Virus record (IMG/VR): IMGVR_UViG_3300011338_000308
Span: 1-40,313 of that record
Direction: 5' to 3' (one strand)
Source: a virus
Taxonomy: Duplodnaviria; Caudoviricetes
DNA: 40,313 nt
The position numbers were made by a program, and so were the translations under genes. The notes below the pieces were generated by a model that saw only the letters and a program-made list of their open reading frames with translations, made no database searches and had not been told where the DNA came from. Shown here in pieces: positions 20,466 to 30,197 of this stretch. Every line of letters starts with the position of its first letter. Positions within the stretch are counted from its first letter, which is position 1.

Positions 20466-21345
20466 TCTGATAGGTGAGGTTAGATCTTCACTTGCAGGTT
20501 TTACCCTGCGTCAAGATCGCATCTCGTATCTGACGAGTGCTTTGACCACAACAAGCACATCTATTCCTATCGGCTCATCTAACAACTTGGCTAAGGGCAT
20601 CATCGAAATCGATGACGAACTTATCTGGATTGATAACTTTACTAAAGAGAACAACACAATGAATGCCGCTCCAGGCTTTGGACGTGGCTACCAAGGTACA
20701 TCTCCAGCACCACACGCTGTTAACTCACAGGTTATTCTAACTCCGTCATACCCACGCACCAATATCAAGCAGGCTATCAACGACACTATCAACTCTGTCT
20801 ATCCTAAGTTGTGGGCTGTTTACTCATACACATTTACTTTTAACGCAAGCCAAGTTACATACGCTTTGCCAGATGATGTACAGAATGTTCTGTATATGTC
20901 TTGGCAGACAACAGGTTCTAGCCGTGAGTGGCTACCGCTAAAGAAGTGGCGTGCAGACCTTATGGCTAACGTTGCAACATTTAACACACAAAAGACTATT
21001 AACATCTACGAGAACGTACAGCCTGGTAGAACTATTCAGGTTTGGTATGCAGCAACACCGCAGACTATGACATCTGGAACAGATGACTTCAGTGCAGTAA
21101 CAGGATTGCCTGAGTCTTGCCGAGATGTAGTTGTCTACGGCGCAGCCTATCGTCTGCTCTCATTTGTAGATCCTGGTCGTATCAACTTGACTAGCGCTGA
21201 ATCTGACCTTGCCGATAGCAAGGTTCCAGGGGCAGCTGGTTCTACAAACTCCAGATACATCTATGCGCTGTATCAACAGCGCTTGCAGGATGAGTCACTC
21301 AAGTTATCCGACAAGTTTCCGATACGCGTCCATTTTACGAGATAA
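20449..21345 (+). CDS. Putative head-tail adaptor / tail tubular protein A-like
   Basis: MATLNDLI..VR start, YALPDD, VVYGAAY; position. Confidence 0.5.
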
Positions 21346-21358
21346 GGCAGCATAAACA

Positions 21359-22177
21359 ATGACCAGAAAATTTAGTACGACTTCGGTTGCCACAACCCTT
21401 TCGGCTAGCATCAATACAACGGCTACCTCTATGACTGTAGCTGCTGGCACTGGTTCTGCCTTGATGGGTGGAGTTACCTTGGCTGCAGGCAACGTTGACT
21501 CGTTTGCTGTAGCCCTAGATGTAGATACACAAAACGAAGAGATCGTCTGGATTACCCAAGTAGCAACAGACACCTTCACAATCTCACGTGGTCAAGCAGG
21601 AACAGGTACGGCTGGTGTGTCAGGTATTGCACACACTGCAGGTGCAACTGTTAAGCACGTACTTACCGGTGATGACGCAACATTCTTTACAGCAGGGGTT
21701 GCAACTGCAAACGCTGCAATTCCAAAGGCAACAGTAACTGCTAAGGGAAACATTATCGGAGCAAGTGCGTCAGCAACACCTGCTGCACTAGCAGTAGGAA
21801 CTGATGGACAGGTATTGACTGCAGATGCAGCAAGCACACTAGGCATCAAGTGGTCAACACCTGCAGATGTCAACTTAACCTTTAACGCTAAGACTGCTAA
21901 CTACACGCTGATTGCAAGCGATGTCAACAAGCTGGTAACTATGAACAGCGCCTCAACAGTAACGCTGACAGTACCTAACGGTATCTTTACTACTGGTCAG
22001 CAGATTAACGTGCAGGCACTAGGCGCAGGAACTGTACAGATTCGTAACGATGGAACAACAGTTCTTACCTCAACTGGTGCTACATCTACTGCACCAAACC
22101 TACGCGCTCAGTTCAGTGCAGCAACCATTATCTGTACATCAAGTAACAACTTCACAGTGATCGGGGATCTAGCCTAA
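21359..22177 (+). CDS. Tail fibre/spike-type protein
   Basis: Thr/Ala/Gly-rich; VGTDGQVLTAD fibre motif; C-terminal domain paralogous to 22497-22865. Confidence 0.65.
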   Translation: MTRKFSTTSVATTLSASINTTATSMTVAAGTGSALMGGVTLAAGNVDSFAVALDVDTQNEEIVWITQVATDTFTISRGQAGTGTAGVSGIAHTAGATVKHVLTGDDATFFTAGVATANAAIPKATVTAKGNIIGASASATPAALAVGTDGQVLTADAASTLGIKWSTPADVNLTFNAKTANYTLIASDVNKLVTMNSASTVTLTVPNGIFTTGQQINVQALGAGTVQIRNDGTTVLTSTGATSTAPNLRAQFSAATIICTSSNNFTVIGDLA

Positions 22178-22497
22178 TGCCAACCTATAAAGTCTTAGCC
22201 CAATCTGCACCTAGTGCTGCTACAGCGACAACGCTGTACACAGCAACTAATGCAACGATTGTGTCTACTCTTAACGTAGCCAACATCGGAGGCGCAGCCG
22301 ATCTGATTCGAGTTGCAGTCCGACCAGCAGGAGCAACGCTTGCTAACCAGCACTACATCGTCTATGGCGTACAGGTCCCAACAGGTGGAGTTTTCTCTAT
22401 TCAAGGTGGTATCACTCTGGCTAACACGGATGTAATTACTGTGTACTCAACAACTGGTACTTCATCATTTAGCGCATTCGGAAGTGAGGGCAACTAA
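22177..22497 (+). CDS. Small beta-rich virion protein
   Basis: TAATG coupling; composition. Confidence 0.65.
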   Translation: MPTYKVLAQSAPSAATATTLYTATNATIVSTLNVANIGGAADLIRVAVRPAGATLANQHYIVYGVQVPTGGVFSIQGGITLANTDVITVYSTTGTSSFSAFGSEGN

Positions 22498-22865
22498 TGG
22501 CTATTAACATTGTAGGCGGTACAGTCCAAGCATCAGCTGCTTTGGCTATTGACCCAAAGACTTCAACTACTTATACCTTTGTTCTGGCTGATGCTAACAA
22601 CGAGCTGATTACAGCAAGCAACGCATCTGCTCAGACTTACTCAATCCCAACTAATGCCTCTGTTGCATTTCCGATTGGTTGCCAAATTAACATCATCCAG
22701 ATCGGTGCAGGTCAGGTAACAATCAACGCTGTTACTAGCGGCACAACAACTGTTCTATCTAACGGTGGTACACCTGCTGCTCCTAAACTGCGAGCACAAT
22801 ACTCGGCTGCAACCTTGGTTAAGGTAGCAACGGATACTTGGTATGTGATCGGAGACATCTCCTAA
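22497..22865 (+). CDS. Tail fibre-associated protein
   Basis: Shares P.LRAQ(F/Y)SAAT...VIGD domain with 21359-22177. Confidence 0.65.
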   Translation: MAINIVGGTVQASAALAIDPKTSTTYTFVLADANNELITASNASAQTYSIPTNASVAFPIGCQINIIQIGAGQVTINAVTSGTTTVLSNGGTPAAPKLRAQYSAATLVKVATDTWYVIGDIS

Positions 22866-23452
22866 TGCCAATCCTCGGTATCTACGCCTCACAAATCAGT
22901 GGCCATCTGTTTGCACCTAGCGGTGCTTATGACTCTATTGCTACTGTAACTGTTGGATCTGCTACATCAAGCATCACGTTCAGTTCTATTCCAAGTACCT
23001 ACACACATTTACAAATTCGTGGAATAACTAGGTCATCTAGTGGAAATAATTATGATAATTTAATTATGGGATTTAACTCAAATACTTCAGGATATTCTTC
23101 ACATTATTTGGCTGGAAATGGCGCAACTGCTGATGCCTATGCCTGGACAAGCGATAGTGCTATCAGAAGTTTTTATTCAGCAGGTGGCACAGCAGCATCA
23201 AATGTTTTTGCAGCAGTTATTATAGATATTTTAGATTATGCAAATACGTCTAAATACAAAACAACTCGCCACTTAAACGGATTTGATAATAATGGTAGCG
23301 GTACTGGAGATTATGCAAAAGGAACAGTCGAATTGAGTTCTGGTTTATGGCAAAACACATCTGCTATTTCAACCATTAACTTTCAATTAAATGGCGGTGT
23401 AAATTTTGTTACAGGAAGCCAGTTCGCACTTTTTGGCATTAAGGGGGCTTAA
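22865..23452 (+). CDS. Tail-associated beta-domain protein, paralog 1
   Basis: SSITFSSIPSTYT.L...GLWQNTSAI...F.LFG. Confidence 0.65.
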   Translation: MPILGIYASQISGHLFAPSGAYDSIATVTVGSATSSITFSSIPSTYTHLQIRGITRSSSGNNYDNLIMGFNSNTSGYSSHYLAGNGATADAYAWTSDSAIRSFYSAGGTAASNVFAAVIIDILDYANTSKYKTTRHLNGFDNNGSGTGDYAKGTVELSSGLWQNTSAISTINFQLNGGVNFVTGSQFALFGIKGA

Positions 23453-23454
23453 CA

Positions 23455-23943
23455 ATGGCTAATACATACGAGGCGCTGGCAACCCAGACTCTAGGCTCTG
23501 CCGCTGCATCTGTTACCTTCTCATCAATCCCATCTACCTATACTGATTTGGTGTTGGTGACTGGTGCTATTGGCACAGGTGATTTGCAAATCAATGGCAG
23601 AGTCAATAGCGATACAGGTACTAACTATTCAACTACTTACCTTGCTGGAAATGGAACAAGTGCTGTATCTGCTCGGCAATCTAGCGCAACATCTTTTGGT
23701 ACTGATTACTATTTCTCGGTAACTACTAATGGCAATGTTACTATTTTGCAATTTATGAATTATGCAAATACCACAACTAACAAAACAATTCTTTCAAGGT
23801 CAAATGCTGCCGATAAAGGCGTGATGGCAACAGTTAGCCTTTGGCGAAATACTGCAGCCATCAATTCAATTACTCTTTTGGCAAGTGCAAATAACTTTGC
23901 AACTGGTTCAACCTTCTCACTGTATGGAGTAAAAAATGCCTAA
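23455..23943 (+). CDS. Tail-associated beta-domain protein, paralog 2
   Basis: ASVTFSSIPSTYTDL...SLWRNTAAI...FSLYG. Confidence 0.65.
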   Translation: MANTYEALATQTLGSAAASVTFSSIPSTYTDLVLVTGAIGTGDLQINGRVNSDTGTNYSTTYLAGNGTSAVSARQSSATSFGTDYYFSVTTNGNVTILQFMNYANTTTNKTILSRSNAADKGVMATVSLWRNTAAINSITLLASANNFATGSTFSLYGVKNA

Positions 23944-25288
23944 TTATATTTTGCTAGAAAAAATCACAGTAGGTGCTGCTGGTGCATCCAGCGTTACCTT
24001 CTCAGGTATCCCACAGACTGGCTATACCGATTTGGTTGTGAAGGCAAGCCTTAGAAATACTGCGGCAAGTACTTTGGTTTATTACAGTTTTAATGGCAAT
24101 GCCTCTAGCAGAACTGCTCGTCTTTTATACGGAGATGGTTCGGCTGCTGGTTCAGTAACTTACGATAATACTGACCCAAGAGTGATGATTATGCCCGAAA
24201 GTGGATACACCGCTAATACTTTTTCTAACGGTGAAATGTACATTCCAAACTACACTGGAAGTGCTAATAAAAGTTGGTCATCAGATAGCGTTCAAGAAAA
24301 TAATGCTACATTGGCTTATCAATTTTTAATGGCTGGTTTGTGGTCAAATACTGCAGCAATTACAAGCATTACTTTTTCAACATTTACTGGCAACTTCGCA
24401 GCCAACTCAACTTTCTACCTCTATGGCGTAGCAAAACTCGGTACAACCCCAGCAATAGTTCCATACGCAACAGGTGGCGATACCATTATGACTGATGGTA
24501 CTTACTGGTACCACGCATTCCGTTCATCAGGAACATTTACCCCTGCAAAGGGATTGTCTTGTGATGTGCTTGTAGTAGCAGGAGGTGGCGGTGGTGGTTC
24601 TCGGCGTGGTGGTGGTGGCGGTGCTGGTGGATTATTAGCATTTACTTCACAAGCATTAACAAGCACTTCTTATACAATAACCATCGGAGCAGGTGGCACT
24701 GGTGGCACAGGAACTATCGGTGGTGGTGCGGCAAATAATGGTGTGCAAGGTTCTAATTCTCAGTTTGGTGCTTTAACTGCTGCCATTGGTGGCGGTGGCG
24801 CAACTGGTGATGGTGAATCAGGAAATATGAACGGTGGTTCAGGTGGCGGCAATACACAAGGCGTTGCTGGTGGAACTGCAACTACAGGGCAAGGTTTTAA
24901 TGGTGGTGCTGGTAGTGGTGCTGCGCCAAATTACGGTGCAGGTGGCGGTGGCGGTTCTGGAGCAGTAGGAACTGCTGGTACAGGAACTGTTGGCGGTAAT
25001 GGTGGTGCTGGTGTGAATACTTATTCAACTTGGTTAAACACAACTGGCACTGGAATTAGCGGATTTATTGCAGGCGGCGGCGGTGGTGGAACTTACGATG
25101 GTGGAACTGGTGGTATTGGTGGTTCAGGTGGTGGCGGAAATGCTGGCGCGGGCGGTGGAAATAATGCTGGTTCTGCTGGTATTGCAAACACTGGTTCAGG
25201 TGGTGGCGGTAGTTCTATTTTAGCAACAGGAACTGCTGCTGCTGGCAACGGAGGTTCAGGTCTAGTAATTGTGAGGTATGCAGTATGA
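23936..25288 (+). CDS. Tail-associated protein: paralog 3 domain fused to glycine-rich domain
   Basis: SSVTFSGIPQT...GLWSNTAAI; then VVAGGGGGG...GGSGLVIVRY. Confidence 0.75.
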   Translation: MPNYILLEKITVGAAGASSVTFSGIPQTGYTDLVVKASLRNTAASTLVYYSFNGNASSRTARLLYGDGSAAGSVTYDNTDPRVMIMPESGYTANTFSNGEMYIPNYTGSANKSWSSDSVQENNATLAYQFLMAGLWSNTAAITSITFSTFTGNFAANSTFYLYGVAKLGTTPAIVPYATGGDTIMTDGTYWYHAFRSSGTFTPAKGLSCDVLVVAGGGGGGSRRGGGGGAGGLLAFTSQALTSTSYTITIGAGGTGGTGTIGGGAANNGVQGSNSQFGALTAAIGGGGATGDGESGNMNGGSGGGNTQGVAGGTATTGQGFNGGAGSGAAPNYGAGGGGGSGAVGTAGTGTVGGNGGAGVNTYSTWLNTTGTGISGFIAGGGGGGTYDGGTGGIGGSGGGGNAGAGGGNNAGSAGIANTGSGGGGSSILATGTAAAGNGGSGLVIVRYAV

Positions 25289-25626
25289 GTCATTGGGCGC
25301 AGATAGACGAGAACAACATCGTCACACAGGTTCTAGTAGGACCTAACTATGGAGATGAAGGCGAAGCCTTCTTCAAAGCACTTGGCGGTACTTGGGTCAA
25401 GACAAGTTACAACGGCAACATTCGCAAGAACTTCGCTGGCATTGGATTTACTTACGATGCAACAAGAGACGCTTTTATTGCACCAAAGCCTTTTAACTCT
25501 TGGGTTTTGGATGAAGAAACTTGCCGATGGAAAGCACCGATTGAATACCCCGCTGATGGATTGATGTATGCGTGGGACGAAGAACTAACCGACTGGACAG
25601 CAACAATAATCAAGGAGATAAACTAA
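25285..25626 (+). CDS. Hypothetical protein following glycine-rich tail gene (possible fibre chaperone)
   Basis: HWAQIDENN...TSYN..RKNFAGIG..YD..RDAFI.P. Confidence 0.65.
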   Translation: MSHWAQIDENNIVTQVLVGPNYGDEGEAFFKALGGTWVKTSYNGNIRKNFAGIGFTYDATRDAFIAPKPFNSWVLDEETCRWKAPIEYPADGLMYAWDEELTDWTATIIKEIN

Positions 25627-25850
25627 TGTCAGAGACACTAACAAAGATCGTCGTTAACTGTGAGACTGGCGTAGTAGCCGAGATCCCATTGACAGGCGAG
25701 GAACTAGCGCAGCGTGAAGCAGATGCTCAGGCTGCAGCAGCAAAGGCACACGAAGAGGAAGTTGCAGCAACAGCTGCAGCAGAGGCTAAGGCTGCACTAC
25801 TAGCCAAACTAGGAATTACAGAAGACGAAGCCAAGCTCCTACTAGCGTAA
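25626..25850 (+). CDS. Small tail-associated helical protein
   Basis: AAGGAG RBS; ...LLAKLGITEDEA. Confidence 0.65.
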   Translation: MSETLTKIVVNCETGVVAEIPLTGEELAQREADAQAAAAKAHEEEVAATAAAEAKAALLAKLGITEDEAKLLLA

Positions 25851-25860
25851 GGATACTTTA

Positions 25861-27828
25861 ATGCCTTATGGCGACGACGTTTCAGAGGGCCTGCCCTACG
25901 TTTTATCTAACCCAGCTGGTAGTACAGCCTACACAGCAACAGGTTACGCATACGATATAGCAATAGCAGGTCTGCCGTTCTTTATTAGTCCACTGGACGA
26001 TTCACCATATCGTCGCGTAACAGCGCAGTACCGTAAGCAACAGATTGACCAGAGCCGTGAGCCTGGTGAGCAGACGCTTACCGGTTGGTGGCTACGTAGC
26101 CAGTCATCATTCCACTACGGACAAGGCATCAAGTTCTTTGAGCCAATCCAGGATGAGTCGCTTCGCTTTCAGTACACCTCATCAAAGGGTGTAGATGTCT
26201 GGACTAGAGGACAAGCTACCTTACTGAAGACTTGTGCTACAACGCACACCATTACAGGTGGTATTCAAACCAATGGTCGTCCGTGGCAGTATGCACGTTC
26301 TATCAAGTGGAACTCAACTGATGGTATCTTGTTAGCAGATGAGTATGACGTAGACAAGATCTCAACAAATGGAACTGTTACTCACTTCATTGACTACAAC
26401 TCAGGTACTGATTATCCAGTCTATGCAATCTGTGATGACGGAGTCTATGCCTACTGGGTAACCAACATACTTAACGCTGGAACTCCACGTCTTCGAGTCT
26501 ACAAGAAGGCACTGACTGCAGATAGCACAGTATCGCCTACGCTAATGATTAGCGCAAACACTATTACTATCACTAACGCTGTAATGGAATACACCAAGGA
26601 ACGTATTATCTTGGCAGTTAACGACTCTATCTATGAGTTTGCAACTAATGCCACAACACTTCCTACTGCGGTCTACACACACAAAGACCCAGACCACGTC
26701 TTTACCAGCATTACATCTAGCGGTGCTGCTATCTATGTAGCAGGCTATAGCGGTATCCAGTCAAACATCTACAAGTTCACGCTAGAGTCAACAGGTGCAA
26801 TGCCTACGCTGACTCAGGCAATTACAGCAGCTGAACTACCAGTAGGTGAGACAACATTTAAGATTTCATTCTACCTAGGCTATATGTGTATCGGTACTAA
26901 CCAAGGTGTACGCATTGCTCAGGTATCTGAAACTGATGGCTCTATTGCCTACGGCCCACTGATCTTTGAAACAGACCAGCCAGTCTATGACTTTGCATTC
27001 CGAGATAAGTTTATCTGGTGTGCAACAGGCGTTGACGGCCAAGCAGGTGTCACTCGTATCAACCTAGGCCAAGAGATCAGCAGTTTAATCTTTGCCTACG
27101 CTTGGGATTTGTATGACCCAGCAGATACCCTTGGTCACTACACAACAGCCTGCGCCTTTGCAGGCGACACTAGTCGACTTGTATTTTGCAACGCAGGCAA
27201 TGGCTCAGATGGAACTGTCTACATTGAATCTGCAACTAACCTAATGCCAAGTGGTTACTTGCGTACAGGCTTTGTACGCTACAACACCCTTGAGGGCAAG
27301 ATCTTTAAGCTGATTAACGCACGTATCAATACAGCACACGGTGCCTTTGGTATGCAGTCTGTTACAGCAGAAGGTGGAACCTACGACATCGGTACCTTTG
27401 CACAAGGTCAGACTGTTCCAGAGGTGAACGTGTCATACCCAGTGGGTGCTCAAGAGTACTTAGGATTTATCTTTACTATGTATCGTGATAGTAGCGATGC
27501 AACACAAGGACCGCTGTTTACTGGATACCAGATCAAGGCATTACCTGCTATCCCACGTCAGCGACTTATCCAATACCCAGTGATGTGTTACGACCACGAG
27601 ATGGATAAGTTCAACAATGAGGTTGGCTACGAAGGCTCAGCATTTGCCCGTATGTCACAGCTTGAAGCAGTAGAAAATGTTGGTGACACAATCCGTATCG
27701 AAGACTTCAGAACAGGTGAGAACTACATCGGTCTGATTGAAGAGATGGATTTCATCAACCGTACCCCAACCGATAAGCGATTCTCCGGCTATGGCGGATT
27801 GCTCTTAGTAACTATCCGGAGCGTTTAA
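25861..27828 (+). CDS. Large beta-rich tail protein (nozzle/tubular B-like)
   Basis: 655 aa, propeller-like composition, last structural gene; function inferred. Confidence 0.5.
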   Translation: MPYGDDVSEGLPYVLSNPAGSTAYTATGYAYDIAIAGLPFFISPLDDSPYRRVTAQYRKQQIDQSREPGEQTLTGWWLRSQSSFHYGQGIKFFEPIQDESLRFQYTSSKGVDVWTRGQATLLKTCATTHTITGGIQTNGRPWQYARSIKWNSTDGILLADEYDVDKISTNGTVTHFIDYNSGTDYPVYAICDDGVYAYWVTNILNAGTPRLRVYKKALTADSTVSPTLMISANTITITNAVMEYTKERIILAVNDSIYEFATNATTLPTAVYTHKDPDHVFTSITSSGAAIYVAGYSGIQSNIYKFTLESTGAMPTLTQAITAAELPVGETTFKISFYLGYMCIGTNQGVRIAQVSETDGSIAYGPLIFETDQPVYDFAFRDKFIWCATGVDGQAGVTRINLGQEISSLIFAYAWDLYDPADTLGHYTTACAFAGDTSRLVFCNAGNGSDGTVYIESATNLMPSGYLRTGFVRYNTLEGKIFKLINARINTAHGAFGMQSVTAEGGTYDIGTFAQGQTVPEVNVSYPVGAQEYLGFIFTMYRDSSDATQGPLFTGYQIKALPAIPRQRLIQYPVMCYDHEMDKFNNEVGYEGSAFARMSQLEAVENVGDTIRIEDFRTGENYIGLIEEMDFINRTPTDKRFSGYGGLLLVTIRSV

Positions 27829-28022
27829 TGCAGGCACAAGACTACGCAACAGTAGCCGTTGCAGTATGCACAATTATTGGTGGATTTACAGCAGCTATTC
27901 GCTGGCTAGTAAAGCACTACCTGAATGAACTTAAGCCTAATGGTGGCTCTAGTTTGAAGGACTCTATTACACGATTAGAAGAACGCATAGATGACCTGTA
28001 CCGATTGGTTGCAGAGAAATGA
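27828..28022 (+). CDS. Single-TM plus coiled-coil lysis-region membrane protein
   Basis: Hydrophobic N-terminus; PNGGSSLKD motif. Confidence 0.65.
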   Translation: MQAQDYATVAVAVCTIIGGFTAAIRWLVKHYLNELKPNGGSSLKDSITRLEERIDDLYRLVAEK

Positions 28023-28028
28023 GTAACG

Positions 28029-28481
28029 ATGAAACCTGTTGCCAAGAAAGCCACGCCTGCCGCTATTGCTGTACTTCGCCAGGCCACAGCGATAGCACCA
28101 TTGCGTATGAAAGCCAGCGATGGTTTGCTCCCATCCAAAGCGCATATCCATCAGAATCCCAACTCTGACCACAACACAGGATACGCAGTAGATTTAACAC
28201 ACGATAAACTAGGTGGCATTGATTGCTTCTTGCTATTTCAAAAGCTGCAAGCAGATCCACGTGTGAGTTATTTAATTTTCCAAGGAAAGATTTGGTCAAA
28301 GGAAAAGGGTCTTCGTGATTACACCGGACCAAACAAGCACAACAAACATCTTCACATCTCAATTAAAGAGGGATGCGGAGATGACACTTCCCCTTGGTTC
28401 CCTTGGCTGGGTAAACCAAAGGCTGTCAATAAAGTAAAGGCGAAACTAAAGCCTCTACCTAAGAAGAAGGAGAACCAATGA
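28029..28481 (+). CDS. Putative endolysin, M15-like Zn peptidase
   Basis: SDHNTGYAVD (H-x6-D) and HLHIS (HxH); flanked by membrane proteins. Confidence 0.65.
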   Translation: MKPVAKKATPAAIAVLRQATAIAPLRMKASDGLLPSKAHIHQNPNSDHNTGYAVDLTHDKLGGIDCFLLFQKLQADPRVSYLIFQGKIWSKEKGLRDYTGPNKHNKHLHISIKEGCGDDTSPWFPWLGKPKAVNKVKAKLKPLPKKKENQ

Positions 28482-28666
28482 ACGCAAAGACAAAAGCAGT
28501 ACTCGCAACATACCTTCGCGCAGGAGTAGCAGCAACACTTGCTCTATACCTAGCAGGAGAAACAGATCCAAAGAAGCTCGGTGCAGCAGCACTAGCAGCA
28601 GTTGCAGGTCCAGTTCTTAAGTGGCTAGACCCAAAGGCTACAGAGTTTGGTCGCGGTTCTAAGTAA
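28478..28666 (+). CDS. Putative holin
   Basis: 62 aa with two hydrophobic segments; AAGGAG RBS. Confidence 0.6.
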   Translation: MNAKTKAVLATYLRAGVAATLALYLAGETDPKKLGAAALAAVAGPVLKWLDPKATEFGRGSK

Positions 28667-28687
28667 CCGATAGCGCGAGGCAACACA

Positions 28688-28727
28688 GGAGGTCGGTCCC
28701 TTTAACGGGGACCGGCCTTCTTTTTTT
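28688..28727 (+). terminator. Intrinsic terminator of the late arm
   Basis: GGAGGTCGGTCCC / GGGACCGGCCTTC stem followed by T7. Confidence 0.88.
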
Positions 28728-28761
28728 ATGCCATTTTGTCGACGGAGCAGGGAACTGTTAA
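28726..28761 (-). pseudogene. Orphaned 3' end (LTVPCSVDKMA*) resembling the C-terminus of 29110-29424
   Basis: Aligns with VQIPCPVDK at 29131-29157. Confidence 0.55.
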
Positions 28762-29129
28762 TCTCTGGATTTTATAATCCCAAACTTATAAGCACCATCC
28801 TTGTTTAACCAAGTCTTTAGTCTATGACAATTTGCACACAAAGTCTGTAAGTTATTTGGATCGTTATTCTTTTTATTACCGTCTATATGGTCAACATCTA
28901 ATTGACTTATATGTACTGCAACAAATCCGCAACGCTCGCAAGCATCTTTTTTGTGTATTCGATAAGGGTAACTAAACCTTAGATTTGCTGCTTTATGCGG
29001 AGTCCCGCAACGCCATTTAGAATTAAGTTTCTTTTTCTTAGAGTCTCTTAATTTAACTCTTACTAATCCACATATAGAACAGATGCCTGTTCTTGCTTCT
29101 TCATTTATTTCAGTTAAGCTGTGCTTCAT
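28758..29129 (-). CDS. HNH endonuclease (probable homing endonuclease)
   Basis: CERC...DVDHIDGNKKNN.PNNLQTLCANCH; AT-rich relative to neighbours. Confidence 0.88.
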   Translation of the reverse strand: MKHSLTEINEEARTGICSICGLVRVKLRDSKKKKLNSKWRCGTPHKAANLRFSYPYRIHKKDACERCGFVAVHISQLDVDHIDGNKKNNDPNNLQTLCANCHRLKTWLNKDGAYKFGIIKSRD

Positions 29130-29424
29130 CTTTATCCACAGGACAAGGGATTTGCACAAGATTTCCACAACTGACGCAGGTTGCATCAAGGAAGTACCAG
29201 ACCAGCTCGTAGTCCTCAAAGGAGCACATAACGCTGAAGACTTGTGACCCACACGGACAGACGTGGATGGGTCCTAACTGTCTTAAATCGGTCCCAAAAG
29301 GCTCAGGAATGCCATCGTAGCGGTGACGTAAGGATTGCAGGGTGAGTAGACGGAGCAGGCGGGATACTGTACCGTTGCTACTGCGACCCTTTAAGGGTCG
29401 ACTGTCCTGTTTAATTCGCCTCAC
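29110..29424 (-). CDS. Zn-binding hypothetical protein
   Basis: CPCGS...CVSCG...PCP. Confidence 0.65.
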   Translation of the reverse strand: MRRIKQDSRPLKGRSSNGTVSRLLRLLTLQSLRHRYDGIPEPFGTDLRQLGPIHVCPCGSQVFSVMCSFEDYELVWYFLDATCVSCGNLVQIPCPVDKDEAQLN

Positions 29425-29431
29425 GGCTCAT

Positions 29432-29487
29432 ATTGTAGCGACAGCCAATAGTGTCGCAGGTGCGACACGCCGTTATGATGATAGGAT
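29432..29487. promoter_or_regulatory. Divergent promoter pair, each GACAC-N13-TANNNT, probably leaderless
   Basis: + strand: GACAC 29464-68, TAGGAT 29482-87, ATG 29494. - strand: GACAC 29455-51, TACAAT 29437-32, GTG 29424. Confidence 0.65.
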
Positions 29488-29493
29488 GCAGCT

Positions 29494-30051
29494 ATGACGA
29501 CTATATGTGGGTTGCAAGGTATCGATTACGCTGTGCTAGTTGCAGACTCGCAGATCACAGAAGACAATCTCGTGACTCTTGCTACGAGTACACCCAAGAT
29601 AGTCGAGGTAGGTAAGTTCCTCGTGGGTATCTCAGGTGATACCAGACCTGGTGACATTCTTTCCTACAACTGGAAACCACCAACCTATCGAGGTGAAGAT
29701 CCCGTCCAGTTTATGGGAAAGAAAGTAATTACCAGTATCAACTCAGCTTTTAGTGACAACAACTACGACTACAACAAGGTGGATAAAGATGGCGGTTTTG
29801 ATTATCTCGTTGCTTTTAACGGCAACATCTTTCGTATTGCTTGTGATCTCTCTTTTTTCCAAAGTGATGTCGGAATTTACGGCATTGGTAGTGGGGGTCA
29901 GTTTGCTCTTGGCTACCTTGCTTCAATCGTTAAACCTGATATTGAATTAGCCTACGCAAAGCGACACGCCCGTAAGGCTGTTGATATTGCTTCGGTGCTT
30001 GACGCTAATACTGGCAAGCCTTTACAGTTAGTAGTACAAGAGAGACTCTAG
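29494..30051 (+). CDS. Ntn-hydrolase, proteasome-beta/HslV-like protease
   Basis: N-terminal (M)TT, ADSQIT, KI, GIGSGG. Confidence 0.85.
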   Translation: MTTICGLQGIDYAVLVADSQITEDNLVTLATSTPKIVEVGKFLVGISGDTRPGDILSYNWKPPTYRGEDPVQFMGKKVITSINSAFSDNNYDYNKVDKDGGFDYLVAFNGNIFRIACDLSFFQSDVGIYGIGSGGQFALGYLASIVKPDIELAYAKRHARKAVDIASVLDANTGKPLQLVVQERL

Positions 30052-30059
30052 GAGGAGTT

Positions 30060-30197
30060 ATGCAAAAGAAGTTAGGTAGGTTCTGGTTTTACGGTGGTCG
30101 TAATAGCGGAATCGGTTTAGGTTTCAACGTTGATAAGTACCACGTCACAGTTGATTTATTATTCTGGTATGCAGGGTTTGAGTTCAATGGAGCTTAA
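30060..30197 (+). CDS. 45-aa aromatic-rich hypothetical protein (not in ORF track)
   Basis: AGGAGGAG RBS; MQKKLGRFWFYGG...FEFNGA. Confidence 0.65.
   Translation: MQKKLGRFWFYGGRNSGIGLGFNVDKYHVTVDLLFWYAGFEFNGA

Noticed and set aside
22865-25288. Diversity-generating retroelement
   Set aside because: No reverse transcriptase and no near-identical TR/VR pair
29132-29140. Fourth TTATCCACA
   Set aside because: Isolated, inside coding sequence, and explained by the P-V-D-K codons
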